Source of the DNA: Candidatus Dadabacteria bacterium
GTDB taxonomy: Bacteria; Bacteroidota; Bacteroidia; Chitinophagales; Chitinophagaceae
DNA length: 64,000 nt
Assembly: GCA_050259715.1 (NCBI GenBank)
Contig: JBLNAY010000203.1
Location: forward strand, 12,798-76,797
Reading direction: 5' to 3'
The notes under the pieces were generated by a model. The model saw nothing but the letters and a program-made list of their open reading frames with translations, searched no databases and was not told the DNA's origin. Shown one piece after another: positions 45,672 to 55,907 of this stretch (its first letter is position 1; the number at the start of each line of letters is the position of its first letter). The position numbers were made by a program, and so were the translations under genes.

Positions 45672-48475
45672 TGTTTTTTTGTAACAACTCTTTCGTTAAA
45701 ATTTCTTCCACTTACATTAAAAATATAACTGCCTGAACCAACCAGCACCTTCAACTTCCCGTTTTCTGTACCTTGTACTACAACATTTTTGTTTGTGATA
45801 ACACTTGTATTATTCACTTGTACCTGGGAGAGGGTATCTGCAGGCAAGTAAACAATCGCCGTAGTGTTTACAGGTATTTGCACATGCAATTGAAAGCTCG
45901 TTGTTGTCTTATTCCAGTCAGAACGAATCAAACCATAAGGACATTCATAAGATGATTTGACATAATTAATATCCCTCACAAGCTGCGGGTTAATTGAAAT
46001 GTTTTTATATCCAACAGAACCATCTTGCTGGTTAATACCTCCAAGTGCACTATAGAACCATTCCATTAAATGTCCAAGCATCAGGTGATTATTAGATACT
46101 AAAGGAGAAGCTGTCCATGATTCTGTTAAAGCAGTAGCTCCCTTTGCTATTTGATACCCATAGCCGGGGACATCCATCCTGCTATTCATGTCATAAATCA
46201 CATCAGAACGGCCTTCCTGTTGTAGCACTTGCAAAAGATATCTATAACCAATATCACCTGAAGTGAGGCTGTTATTTCTTTTACGAATATCTCTTACAAT
46301 ATTGTCAACTACCGCCTGGCGAAATTCTGATGGTACCAAATTCATGTAAACAGCCATAGCATTTGCGGTTTGACTGCCAGTACCATATTCCAATTTTTCC
46401 TTGTTGAAAAATGTTTTATTAAATGCCTCTTTAACTTCTTTTGCTTTTTTGGCAAAGAGATCACTTTCCTCACTTTTGCCAAGTACGGCGGCAACCTGGC
46501 TCATTATATTTAAATCATAATAATAAATAGCAGTTGCAGTTATTCCCATTGCTGTTAATTGGGCAAGCCCCTGGCGTGCCGGGCCAAGATCGTACCAATC
46601 GCCTAATCCAAAAGAAAGAATGTTCTCCTTCGCTCTCGTTTGCAGGTACGAGACATAACGCTTCATCATTGAATAGTTCTCCCGCAATACATCCACATCG
46701 CCATACCATTGATATAAATACCAGGGTGTGATAACACCTGCGCTCCCCCATTCGGGTGACTCGAGGAAAATGCCATCCATGAAGTCCATTATAACATATA
46801 ATGGTGCATATTCAGGAATAGAGCCATCACTTGCCTGAGCCGTGCGTATGTCGGAAAGAGTTTTTTTAAAGTATCGAAGTATATCATAGTTGTAGCGGAT
46901 AGAATTACCCATCAAATGCACTTGCTCTAACCAACCTAACTTCTCCCTGTGGGGACAATCTGTGAGTACACTTTGCATGTTGCTTCGGATGGACCAGTCA
47001 ATAAGATCTCTTGTCCTGTTGAATAGGGAATTAGAGCATGAAAAAGTACCTACCTGTTCAGCTGCAGTTCGAGTGTGCAGCCCTTTTAAATCAAGAACCA
47101 CAGCGGTGTTTTTACTGTTTGAATATCCACGTGGCACACTCTGTTCTAACTGGAGGTACCTGAAGCCATAATATGAAAATTCAGGATGCCATGTTTCTAT
47201 TCCTTCTCCTTTGAGTATATAGGTAAAGTACACAGGGCTGCCTGTGGCTTTCTGACTAACAGTACCATCTTCCTTGAGTAACTCACCCGGAATGATCTTC
47301 ACAGTGTCACCCCTTTTTCCTTTTACTTTGATTAAGGGAATTCCGGAAGCATTCTGTCCAAGGTCGTAGACATACACCCTATCATTTAGAGCTTTGATTT
47401 TATGAGGATTAAGAGTATCCATAATCTTCACAGCATCCGCTTTCTGTGAAAACAATGCAGGTGGCCCATCTACAACAACAACTTGTTTCCAGTTTGTTGA
47501 ATTGAACGAATTTGTATTCCAGCCTCTTTGTTCCAGTGAAGCATTATAGTCCTCTCCACCATAAATACTGGAAAATGTAACTGGCCCAGATGAAGTCCTC
47601 CAACTTTGATCACTTATAACATTCGTTGTTTTTCCATCTTTATATTCAATATAGAGCCGGCAAATCAATTTCGGAAAGCCAAATGCGCCCGTATGCTTTC
47701 TATAACGTTGCCGTGGCATAAAATACAATCCATTACCAAGTTGTACACCAAGTACATTTATTCCTTTTTTTAGGTTATTGGTCACGTCAAAAGGCACGTA
47801 TAGTGCTTCTTTATCGTACTTCGTCCAGCCCGGATCAAGGAAATGATCGCCTACCTTTTTACCATTTACACTCAGGTCAAAATGGCCTAAGCCACAGATA
47901 AAAATTGTGGCTCTTGCAACAGGTGATTTCAATGCAAATTCTTTCCTGAATATGGGTAAAACTTCTTTAACATTTGCTCCCTTGCCGCTGCCTTTTCCAT
48001 GTTCAGCCGGGATGGTGATCAATGAATCAGGAATTTTTTCATATGCAATCCATTTAGCGCCTGCCCAATCATCTTTTTTGAAAATACCTACCTGGAAATA
48101 AGAGATCTTACTCCATGCAGATTGATGACCTTTATTATCCCATGTCATTACCTTCCAGTAATAAGTGTTGGCAGGAACAAGTGTCTTACCGGAATATTGA
48201 ATGTTTATGGATTGATCCGACAGGGTCTTCTTACTGTCCCACACCTCACCATTATTATTTTTCAACCGGGAAATATCCTTTGATATTATAATCCTATATG
48301 CTTTTTGTAATATTCCTCTCCCATTTGACAGTAGTTGCCAACTAAACAAAGGTTGTGTTGCTTCAACTCCCAATGGGTTCTCTTCATTTTCACATTTCAA
48401 TTTCATAACAGAAAAAGATTGTGAAAACAAGTCACCGGATATAAATAAAAGCAATATAAAAATCCAATTCCTCAT
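45668..48475 (-). CDS. Alpha-L-rhamnosidase (GH78)
   Basis: CGLGHFDL, YYGFRYLQL, LTDCPHREKLGWLEQ, GATALTESW and SNNHLMLGH motifs. Confidence 0.92.
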   Translation of the reverse strand: MRNWIFILLLFISGDLFSQSFSVMKLKCENEENPLGVEATQPLFSWQLLSNGRGILQKAYRIIISKDISRLKNNNGEVWDSKKTLSDQSINIQYSGKTLVPANTYYWKVMTWDNKGHQSAWSKISYFQVGIFKKDDWAGAKWIAYEKIPDSLITIPAEHGKGSGKGANVKEVLPIFRKEFALKSPVARATIFICGLGHFDLSVNGKKVGDHFLDPGWTKYDKEALYVPFDVTNNLKKGINVLGVQLGNGLYFMPRQRYRKHTGAFGFPKLICRLYIEYKDGKTTNVISDQSWRTSSGPVTFSSIYGGEDYNASLEQRGWNTNSFNSTNWKQVVVVDGPPALFSQKADAVKIMDTLNPHKIKALNDRVYVYDLGQNASGIPLIKVKGKRGDTVKIIPGELLKEDGTVSQKATGSPVYFTYILKGEGIETWHPEFSYYGFRYLQLEQSVPRGYSNSKNTAVVLDLKGLHTRTAAEQVGTFSCSNSLFNRTRDLIDWSIRSNMQSVLTDCPHREKLGWLEQVHLMGNSIRYNYDILRYFKKTLSDIRTAQASDGSIPEYAPLYVIMDFMDGIFLESPEWGSAGVITPWYLYQWYGDVDVLRENYSMMKRYVSYLQTRAKENILSFGLGDWYDLGPARQGLAQLTAMGITATAIYYYDLNIMSQVAAVLGKSEESDLFAKKAKEVKEAFNKTFFNKEKLEYGTGSQTANAMAVYMNLVPSEFRQAVVDNIVRDIRKRNNSLTSGDIGYRYLLQVLQQEGRSDVIYDMNSRMDVPGYGYQIAKGATALTESWTASPLVSNNHLMLGHLMEWFYSALGGINQQDGSVGYKNISINPQLVRDINYVKSSYECPYGLIRSDWNKTTTSFQLHVQIPVNTTAIVYLPADTLSQVQVNNTSVITNKNVVVQGTENGKLKVLVGSGSYIFNVSGRNFNERVVTKKQ

Positions 48476-48490
48476 GAAAATATTGCAGGT

Positions 48491-49507
48491 TTAATTCATT
48501 TCTACAGTTGCCTTAATCACTCCCGTTTCAGCTTTTAACCAACTTGGGAACTCAGTTTTTACCTGTTCAAATTGCACCCGGTGAGTTATATACGTTGTAG
48601 GTTTCACTAAACCTTTTTTCATGCAATTAATTACATGTTGAAAATCCTCCATGGTAGCATTGCGGCTACTCATTAAAGTGCCTTCTCTTTTATGAAATTC
48701 AGGGTGACTAAAAGTAATTTCATCTTTTTGCAATCCCACCAGGACATACCTTGCACCATGTGCCATAAATCGAAATGAATTATTAATTGCTTTCTGACTT
48801 CCTGTAGCATCAATAACCACTGTTGGCATATCCCCATTAGTGATTACTTTAAGTTGCTCTAAAGCATCAGTTTCTATAGGGTTGACAGTAAATGGAACAT
48901 TTAATTTCTCTTTACAGAAATTCAGTCGATTATCATTAATGTCTATAATAATCACCCTTCCACCCGAAATGCGTGCAAATTCAGCTATTCCCAATCCTAT
49001 AGGTCCTGCTCCAACAACAAGCACGAACTCTCCCTCTTTTACACCGGCTCTCCTGACACCGTGGGCACCAATGGCAAGTGGTTCAACGAGGCTCAATTCA
49101 TCAAAGCTTAATCCTTCACCATGCAACAATGAATAAGAAGGAACAGATAAAAATTCAGCGAATCCCCCATTGATGTGAACACCACATACCTTGATATCTG
49201 TACAACAATTCGGTAAACCGGAACGACACGCAATGCAATTACCACAATAGAAGTACGGTATAAAAGTGACTCTTTCTCCCAGCTGAAAACCGTCAGCACC
49301 TTCTGCTTCAATAAGTTCTCCCGCAAGTTCATGTCCGAGTATCCTCGGGTATTCGAAATAAGGCTGTGTACCTTCAAATGCATGCAGATCAGTGCCACAA
49401 ATTCCTATCCGCTTAATTTTAATTATTGCTTGCCCTTTTTCCAGAACAGGTCTTTGCCTTTCTTCATAACAAAATTCACCCGGTTTGCTACATACTAAAG
49501 TCTTCAT
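48491..49507 (-). CDS. lgoD: Zn-dependent alcohol dehydrogenase, L-galactonate 5-dehydrogenase (YjjN/LgoD)-like
   Basis: GICGTDLH, GHE, structural Zn C..C..C...C and VGAGPIG motifs; C-terminal EFHKREGTLMSSRNAT typical of YjjN. Confidence 0.75.
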   Translation of the reverse strand: MKTLVCSKPGEFCYEERQRPVLEKGQAIIKIKRIGICGTDLHAFEGTQPYFEYPRILGHELAGELIEAEGADGFQLGERVTFIPYFYCGNCIACRSGLPNCCTDIKVCGVHINGGFAEFLSVPSYSLLHGEGLSFDELSLVEPLAIGAHGVRRAGVKEGEFVLVVGAGPIGLGIAEFARISGGRVIIIDINDNRLNFCKEKLNVPFTVNPIETDALEQLKVITNGDMPTVVIDATGSQKAINNSFRFMAHGARYVLVGLQKDEITFSHPEFHKREGTLMSSRNATMEDFQHVINCMKKGLVKPTTYITHRVQFEQVKTEFPSWLKAETGVIKATVEMN

Positions 49508-49518
49508 CTATTATTCAT

Positions 49519-52500
49519 TTATTGAACGTCAAGTGAGTTAACCGACAGTTGCTCTGCTGCTGGTGCATCAAGTATTATTAAATACTGACCTGCATTGATC
49601 ATAGTTCCTGTCGTTATAGTGAAATAATTATTTTTTCCTTCTCTTGTAGGCAAAAATGTTACGTCTTTCTCTTTTAATAGGGTTCCCCCCGGTGAAAGTA
49701 ATTGGAAATGACCCATTATAGAATCTTCAAGAGGATTATTATAGGAGATAGTAATTGAGTAGATATCTGCTACACCGGTCGATATCGACCACTCAATTCT
49801 ATTAGCAGCAGAGGGTTTTTGAAATATAACACGATCTTTTCCATCCACTTTTCCCTTGACAATTGAAGGTCCGGAAATCTTACCATTAATAGCTTTATAA
49901 GTAATTACAGGTTTAAGATCAAAGGCGGGTTCCATTATCGTTGCAGGCACAGCAACCACAGGGTACATATTTCTTCCTATTGTTCCTTCCGCCAACAATG
50001 ATAATTGTTCTCCTGTCCGGAATTTTTTTCTGTAGAATAAATATTTTCTGCCAGTATTATTTTCCAAATAAGATGTTGTTACATTAAAACTCATTAGCCA
50101 GGCAGGTGTATTCTTATAAGAAGTATCGATACCTATATAAATATCTGCGTCCTGCAACACTCTTAAATGAGCTAATATTCCCTTATCGGAGACCGGGAAC
50201 TGTGGTGTTTTAAGCCATGTTGCACCATACAATTCAGCCGGTAGAGAAGAGATTGAAATAGTTTTATCAGAATATTGAAGCTCCCCTGTATTCAACCATT
50301 CTTCTATGGAACTCCTTGATTGACTGTGGCTTTCCAACAATTCTAAAATAGCCTGTGATGCAGGTGCCGCTTTCAAATCCTGGTTTAAACTAGCAATTGC
50401 AATAGCAGAAATGATCGCCTGCCCTGAGAGTACCTGTGGAAAGTTAATAGATAACAATCCACCTGAAACTTTCACTTTCACCGATTTCTTCAAAGCAGCA
50501 TTGTGACCCACCTCTTTCCAAATATCAAGATTGTTCAATACTATTTTGCCATTTACAGCAACATCAAATAGTCTCATACCCGTTCCATTCAGTTGGGCAT
50601 TGCCACCTACCCATGGTTCTGTAAAATACAGTTCTACAAGATATTCACCATCCTGCACCGGGAATTCATAAGCAAGTTTCTCACGACCAAAACGAAAGCT
50701 TTGAAATAACTTCCAATCCTTAGTACCGTTAATGGGATCATTAGTTGAACGCTGGCTTGCAAAAAAAGGTAACATGCCCGGAAAATCTTTTGTCCAGGAA
50801 AAAGAACCCCATTTGACTTTATCATTCTTTTCACGATCAGGCGCCCACAAGTTGCCATTAGAATCTTTATACGCGGGCCCTCCACAATTTACCCTATATA
50901 AATATTTATAACCTTTTTCCGGCTGCAAAATATTTTTCTGACCTGTATATAGCCTCTTGAAATTTGGAGCTTGGGGAAGATGATGAAGAACAATACAATC
51001 CTTTGCTACCCTTTTTCCATTTACATATCCTACAGCATAAAGTACATTGTATTTTATAGGAACGTCATTCCACTGAAAATGAGTACCGATAGCACCTCTT
51101 TTCTTTCTTCCGAAAGAAGCTGATAAAACATCATTATATAGCTCGACTTCATCACAATTCGAATAAACATCTATTCCGCTTTTAACTCCGTTAGTTGTCC
51201 ACCTGTCCGGCCAAGTATGGGATGAGATATAAACCATTGGATTGGTCTTTTTAGATGCATAATTGGATCTATACATGTAGTAGACATCTAAAGGTTCTTC
51301 CCATGGAGTGAGCAATCCTTTATAGTTTACCGGCCCAATCCTGTCCAACTCTCTAAAACCTTCACCGCTTTGGGCTCGTCCTGGATTATCATGAGAGGTA
51401 AGTAACCACATAAACTGTCCTGTACTGCTGTCCCTCACTGCTTCTGCTAACCGGATTTTCATTTCCAGTAGTTTAGTTATACGATCCTCACTATAGATTC
51501 CATTTTGTACAAACGGCCCTTCTGAATGAAGGCCCAATGTACGCCAGGCGCCATACTCACCAACTAAAATTTGTTTCTTAAGATCTTCACCGTATGTAAG
51601 TGGATTACCGCCATAGGTTCCCGTCCAGTTTTGCGGAACATCCCAGTCTGTACCTGAACCACCATTACAGGTTGTTACCAGTCGTTGAGAAGATGCTGTC
51701 GGATCAAGTTGACGTATGAGCTCAGTACATTCTTTTGCAAATTCTTCAGGTAGTTTACTTTCGTTTTGCAATCCCCACAAGATTACAGAAGGACTGTTAC
51801 GTCTTTCAACAACCCAATCATGTAGCAGCTGCTTAAAGTTAGCTCTGAATGCAGGTGTATCGTACCAGTCATGAGCACTCAACTGCGGCCACCAGAGTAT
51901 TCCAAGACTATCCCAGTAGTTCTGATATCTCAGGTTGTGTGGTTGGTGGGCATCTCTGAAAGCATTAAACCCTGCTGCAACAACTTGTTTAGCTCTCGTA
52001 AGTATTTGTTCTGAACTGAAAGCATGACTGTCACCTAGCAAATGTTCATATTCAGCGATTCCATTAATAAATACAGGCTTACCATTTAGAAAGAATTGTT
52101 TGCTATCCTGTTTGCCAATTGGCCAACTGATCCATCGAATACCATAAGGTGTAATAACCCTGTCTATTGTCATACCGTTTTCAGATATGTCAGTAACTAC
52201 TTTATACAAGTATGGATCTTCTAAAGACCAGAGTCTTGGATGAACTATCGAAGCTTTTTGTGTGACTATAATATCTGACCCGGAACTTATTTGTTTTGTT
52301 GTACTGCTACGGTTTACTAAACTGCCCTGTGCATTAAGAATTTTTGTAACAACAGTTATGGTTCTATTTTGTTTACTGTAATTCTTTAATTCTGTAGTAT
52401 AATTCAGAATGGCAGCTTTTTGGGAGATAGTAGTATCATTCCAGATGTGTACTCCAAATGGTTTGACTCGAACAACATCTGTAATGATCAAATGTACAGG

Positions 52501-53118
52501 TCGGAATATGCCAAGAGGTTGTGATCCTTCAGAAAATCCCCTGTCTTCAGAACATCCCCCACAGACCCACGGAAGATCCTGTATGTTCGGCGGGTGGTCT
52601 GCTCTTACGGCTAGTAAATTGTTTTTATCATACCTGACTGCATTTGTAATGTCAATGGTGAATGTTGTTCTTCCTCCGGCATGATAAGCTACCTTTTTAC
52701 CGTTAAGCCATACTGACGCATAAGAGCCAACACCTTCAAAGTAGAGAAATATTCTTTTAGAGGATGGTTGTGGCTTTAGAGAAAACGACTTACGATACCA
52801 TGCATATCCATGCAGGTTCCCGTGTCGTAGCCGGCGATAGCCAAAGTAATCGTCCCAGTTATGGGGAACCTTTACTGATTTCCATTTTCTATCATTATAT
52901 CCGGCAGATGTAAATTCATCAAAAGCATTCTTATTGGAAACATCAATAATAGTTTTCCAATGGTCATCAAGGGGGATATCAGTGCGTACACCTTTTTGTC
53001 CATACGAATACGTTGACAAAAAGATGGCAATGATGAAAAGAACCAGGAAAATTGAATTAATGTTTTGAAGGCTCTTGCATTTATGACAAAATATATTATA
53101 GTATTTGCAAGTTACCAT
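49519..53118 (-). CDS. GH2 with malectin (CBM57) and further beta-sandwich domains (candidate beta-D-glucuronidase, BT0996 C-terminal part)
   Basis: PHNWDDYFGY, YFEGVGS, FRDAHQPH, WGLQNE and VGEYGAW motifs; malectin-like YRVNCGGP...ELYFTEP...RLFDVAVNG. The start codon is uncertain. Confidence 0.85.
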   Translation of the reverse strand: MVTCKYYNIFCHKCKSLQNINSIFLVLFIIAIFLSTYSYGQKGVRTDIPLDDHWKTIIDVSNKNAFDEFTSAGYNDRKWKSVKVPHNWDDYFGYRRLRHGNLHGYAWYRKSFSLKPQPSSKRIFLYFEGVGSYASVWLNGKKVAYHAGGRTTFTIDITNAVRYDKNNLLAVRADHPPNIQDLPWVCGGCSEDRGFSEGSQPLGIFRPVHLIITDVVRVKPFGVHIWNDTTISQKAAILNYTTELKNYSKQNRTITVVTKILNAQGSLVNRSSTTKQISSGSDIIVTQKASIVHPRLWSLEDPYLYKVVTDISENGMTIDRVITPYGIRWISWPIGKQDSKQFFLNGKPVFINGIAEYEHLLGDSHAFSSEQILTRAKQVVAAGFNAFRDAHQPHNLRYQNYWDSLGILWWPQLSAHDWYDTPAFRANFKQLLHDWVVERRNSPSVILWGLQNESKLPEEFAKECTELIRQLDPTASSQRLVTTCNGGSGTDWDVPQNWTGTYGGNPLTYGEDLKKQILVGEYGAWRTLGLHSEGPFVQNGIYSEDRITKLLEMKIRLAEAVRDSSTGQFMWLLTSHDNPGRAQSGEGFRELDRIGPVNYKGLLTPWEEPLDVYYMYRSNYASKKTNPMVYISSHTWPDRWTTNGVKSGIDVYSNCDEVELYNDVLSASFGRKKRGAIGTHFQWNDVPIKYNVLYAVGYVNGKRVAKDCIVLHHLPQAPNFKRLYTGQKNILQPEKGYKYLYRVNCGGPAYKDSNGNLWAPDREKNDKVKWGSFSWTKDFPGMLPFFASQRSTNDPINGTKDWKLFQSFRFGREKLAYEFPVQDGEYLVELYFTEPWVGGNAQLNGTGMRLFDVAVNGKIVLNNLDIWKEVGHNAALKKSVKVKVSGGLLSINFPQVLSGQAIISAIAIASLNQDLKAAPASQAILELLESHSQSRSSIEEWLNTGELQYSDKTISISSLPAELYGATWLKTPQFPVSDKGILAHLRVLQDADIYIGIDTSYKNTPAWLMSFNVTTSYLENNTGRKYLFYRKKFRTGEQLSLLAEGTIGRNMYPVVAVPATIMEPAFDLKPVITYKAINGKISGPSIVKGKVDGKDRVIFQKPSAANRIEWSISTGVADIYSITISYNNPLEDSIMGHFQLLSPGGTLLKEKDVTFLPTREGKNNYFTITTGTMINAGQYLIILDAPAAEQLSVNSLDVQ

Positions 53119-55897
53119 TGAGTTTATAGGTCTTTCCTCTTACCGTTTTAAATGAAACTGTTTTGCCGTTGTACCGCACTAAACAATCATTACCTGCCAA
53201 TGAAAGAATATCAGCATGATCCATCATCCCATTCCTCCATTTTATATTCAACTGGAAACCTCCTCTGGCCCGGATCCCTTTTACTTCTCCATTGGAGAAT
53301 GCGGAGGGTAAAGCAGGTAAAAGATCAATATATTTTGTATGACTTTGAATAAGCAGTTCGCCGATACCAGCTGCTCCTCCGAAATTGCCGTCTATCTGAA
53401 AAGGAGGATGTGCATCAAACAGGTTTATATAAGAACCGGCACTTCCTTTTTCTGCCGGAGAAAGCAACATCTGTATTAACTTGTAAGCATGATCGCCCTC
53501 TTTGAATCTCGCCCAATAATTGATTTTCCACGCCAGGCTCCATCCTGTTGCAGCATCACCACGATACAACAATGATTGCTTTGCTGCATTCATCATCTCC
53601 GGATTTTCGTCCCAGTTAAACTCTTTCCCAGGATAGACACCCCATAGATGTGAAACATGCCGATGTTTATTGCTCGTATCATCTATATCCTGCAGCCATT
53701 CCTGTAATTGACCATATTTGCCAATCTGGTAAGGAGCTATGCGCGTCAGCTTTTGTTGCAAGCTATCGCGGAAGATTTTATCAGTATTTAATATTTCACT
53801 TGCCTGTATTACTGCTTTAAATAACGAACGTATGATCTCATGATCCATTGTTGGACCGGCGACTAACCCACCATTTTCCGGTGAATTCGAAGGAGCACTG
53901 ATCAACCATCCGCTTTTAGGATCTTTTACCAGGAAGTTGTTGAAGAACTGTGCAGAACTTCTCATCACCGGGTATGCTCTATTCTTCAAAAAATTCTTAT
54001 CCTTGGTAAATAAATAATGTTCCCACAAATGATGGCTCAACCATCCTGCTCCACTGACCCAGATACCATGATTCGAAGCATTAATGGGTGCCGTTCCTCT
54101 CCATTCATCTGTGTTATGGTGAAGCACCCATCCGGGCGCATTATAATATTCTTTTGCGGTTTCTTTTCCAGCTTTCGCTAATTCATCAATCATTGTAAAT
54201 AATGGCTCATGCATCTGTGAAAGATTCAGTAATTCAGCAGGCCAGTAATTCATTTCCGCATTGATGTTCGTTGTATACTTACTCCCCCATGGTGGGGTTA
54301 GCAGGTCATTCCAGATTCCTTGCAAATTTGCAGGCCTTGTACCCGGTCTTGAACTAGAAATTAGCAGGTATCTTCCGAATTGCGCATACAATGCAACTAA
54401 AGAGGGATCGCTGGAATTAGCAAAGGCAGCGATCCTTTGATCAGTTGGAAGCTTTTCGTTAGCTGTTCTTCCAAGGTCAATAGAAAAGGTATTAAAGTAT
54501 TTTTGGTATTCACTAATATGTGAAGATCTTACCTGTAAATAAGTCTTTCCCTCAAGTGTTTTCAACGCCTTTTTACATAGTGTAACAGGATCTCCTGAAA
54601 CATCTTTATAATTCCTGTAGTTAGTGCCCGCACTAAGATAAAGAGTCACATCATCTGCATTGTTTACCACTATTTTATTTCCATCCACCTTCACAGTACC
54701 CTTATTCGTACGCACCAGTAAAAAACTTTCACCCTTCAGAATCCCATGATTAACTCTCAGCGACAGTTCAATTGTCCTGTTATTTGCTTTCGTTACTGAG
54801 GAATATTTATGAGGACTATTCAACAGAGCTTCAAAGTTTATCGCACCAGGTTTGCTGGCAGTCATATGCACAACAATAACCTGGTTAGGTTCACTCGCAA
54901 AATATTCCCTGGAATACTGAATACCTCCTGATATAAAACTCGTATGTGCTGTAGCAGTAGTTAGATCGAGATCTCTTTTATAACCAGAAACATTCTCCAG
55001 ATCTTTGAAGTTGAGCCAGAGATCACCAAATGGTTGATAGTCTGCCTGGTAGTGTGGGGTTGATGGTGGTTCATCATTCTGAATATAATATTTCCAGTTT
55101 CCCCCGAGTGAAAGCTTGTCATTCTCATTTCCTTCAGGATAAATACCGATATGTCTGGAAGTATCTTTATAACCGGCAATACCTCCTTTATCAAAATAGT
55201 TTAGAACCTGAACTGCTATTGTATTTTTTCCTTTAACAAGTGCGTCTTTTGGAATAATATACTTTCTTGCTTCCGTAGTGTTCATGGAGCCTACCAGCCG
55301 GCCATTTACGTAAGTAAAATCCTGGTCACGAATTCGATTTAGATCCAATATTAAATCCTTCCCGGTCCATTCCTGTGGCAGGATGATAGTTGTTCTGAGC
55401 CAAACCGCACCATCGAGTCCCTGAAATCCAACCGACTCCCAACCATCATAAGCAGGAACTTTCATTTCCTTCCATTTGCTATCATCAAAACCCGGAAGTG
55501 CAGGGTTAGCACTGATCCCTTTTAGTGATGTTACAGATTTGAACCATTGCTCCCTGTTTCCTTCATCACTCTTTGTGCCCATGAACTGTTTTTCGGCCAA
55601 TTCTTCAGCTTCCTTTTGCCTGCCTTCAAATAATAAATTTCGTATCTCAGGCAAGTATTTGTAAGCCCCTTTTCTATTGTAGTCACGTGGGCCTCCTGTC
55701 CAGAGAGTTTCTTCATTGAATTGCAGATGGTCTTTCTCAACACCCCCAAACACCATAGCCCCCAATCTTCCGTTTCCAATAGGTAAAGCACTTGTCCACT
55801 TTTCCGCTGGTTTATTATACCATAATATAAGTTGTTGGGAAAAGGTTCTCCCAAAAAGAAATACAAGATGAGCAATTATGAATAAAGTTCTTTTCAC
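53096..55897 (-). CDS. GH95 (alpha-L-fucosidase/alpha-L-galactosidase, cf. BT1010) with an inserted jelly-roll domain
   Basis: ALPIGNGRLGAM, NEETLWTG, QFGRYLLISSS, ANLQGIW, KYTTNINAEMNYW, HRHVSHL and HPPFQIDGNFG motifs. Confidence 0.93.
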   Translation of the reverse strand: MKRTLFIIAHLVFLFGRTFSQQLILWYNKPAEKWTSALPIGNGRLGAMVFGGVEKDHLQFNEETLWTGGPRDYNRKGAYKYLPEIRNLLFEGRQKEAEELAEKQFMGTKSDEGNREQWFKSVTSLKGISANPALPGFDDSKWKEMKVPAYDGWESVGFQGLDGAVWLRTTIILPQEWTGKDLILDLNRIRDQDFTYVNGRLVGSMNTTEARKYIIPKDALVKGKNTIAVQVLNYFDKGGIAGYKDTSRHIGIYPEGNENDKLSLGGNWKYYIQNDEPPSTPHYQADYQPFGDLWLNFKDLENVSGYKRDLDLTTATAHTSFISGGIQYSREYFASEPNQVIVVHMTASKPGAINFEALLNSPHKYSSVTKANNRTIELSLRVNHGILKGESFLLVRTNKGTVKVDGNKIVVNNADDVTLYLSAGTNYRNYKDVSGDPVTLCKKALKTLEGKTYLQVRSSHISEYQKYFNTFSIDLGRTANEKLPTDQRIAAFANSSDPSLVALYAQFGRYLLISSSRPGTRPANLQGIWNDLLTPPWGSKYTTNINAEMNYWPAELLNLSQMHEPLFTMIDELAKAGKETAKEYYNAPGWVLHHNTDEWRGTAPINASNHGIWVSGAGWLSHHLWEHYLFTKDKNFLKNRAYPVMRSSAQFFNNFLVKDPKSGWLISAPSNSPENGGLVAGPTMDHEIIRSLFKAVIQASEILNTDKIFRDSLQQKLTRIAPYQIGKYGQLQEWLQDIDDTSNKHRHVSHLWGVYPGKEFNWDENPEMMNAAKQSLLYRGDAATGWSLAWKINYWARFKEGDHAYKLIQMLLSPAEKGSAGSYINLFDAHPPFQIDGNFGGAAGIGELLIQSHTKYIDLLPALPSAFSNGEVKGIRARGGFQLNIKWRNGMMDHADILSLAGNDCLVRYNGKTVSFKTVRGKTYKLNGNLQIL

Positions 55898-55907
55898 TGG
55901 CTGTTAT

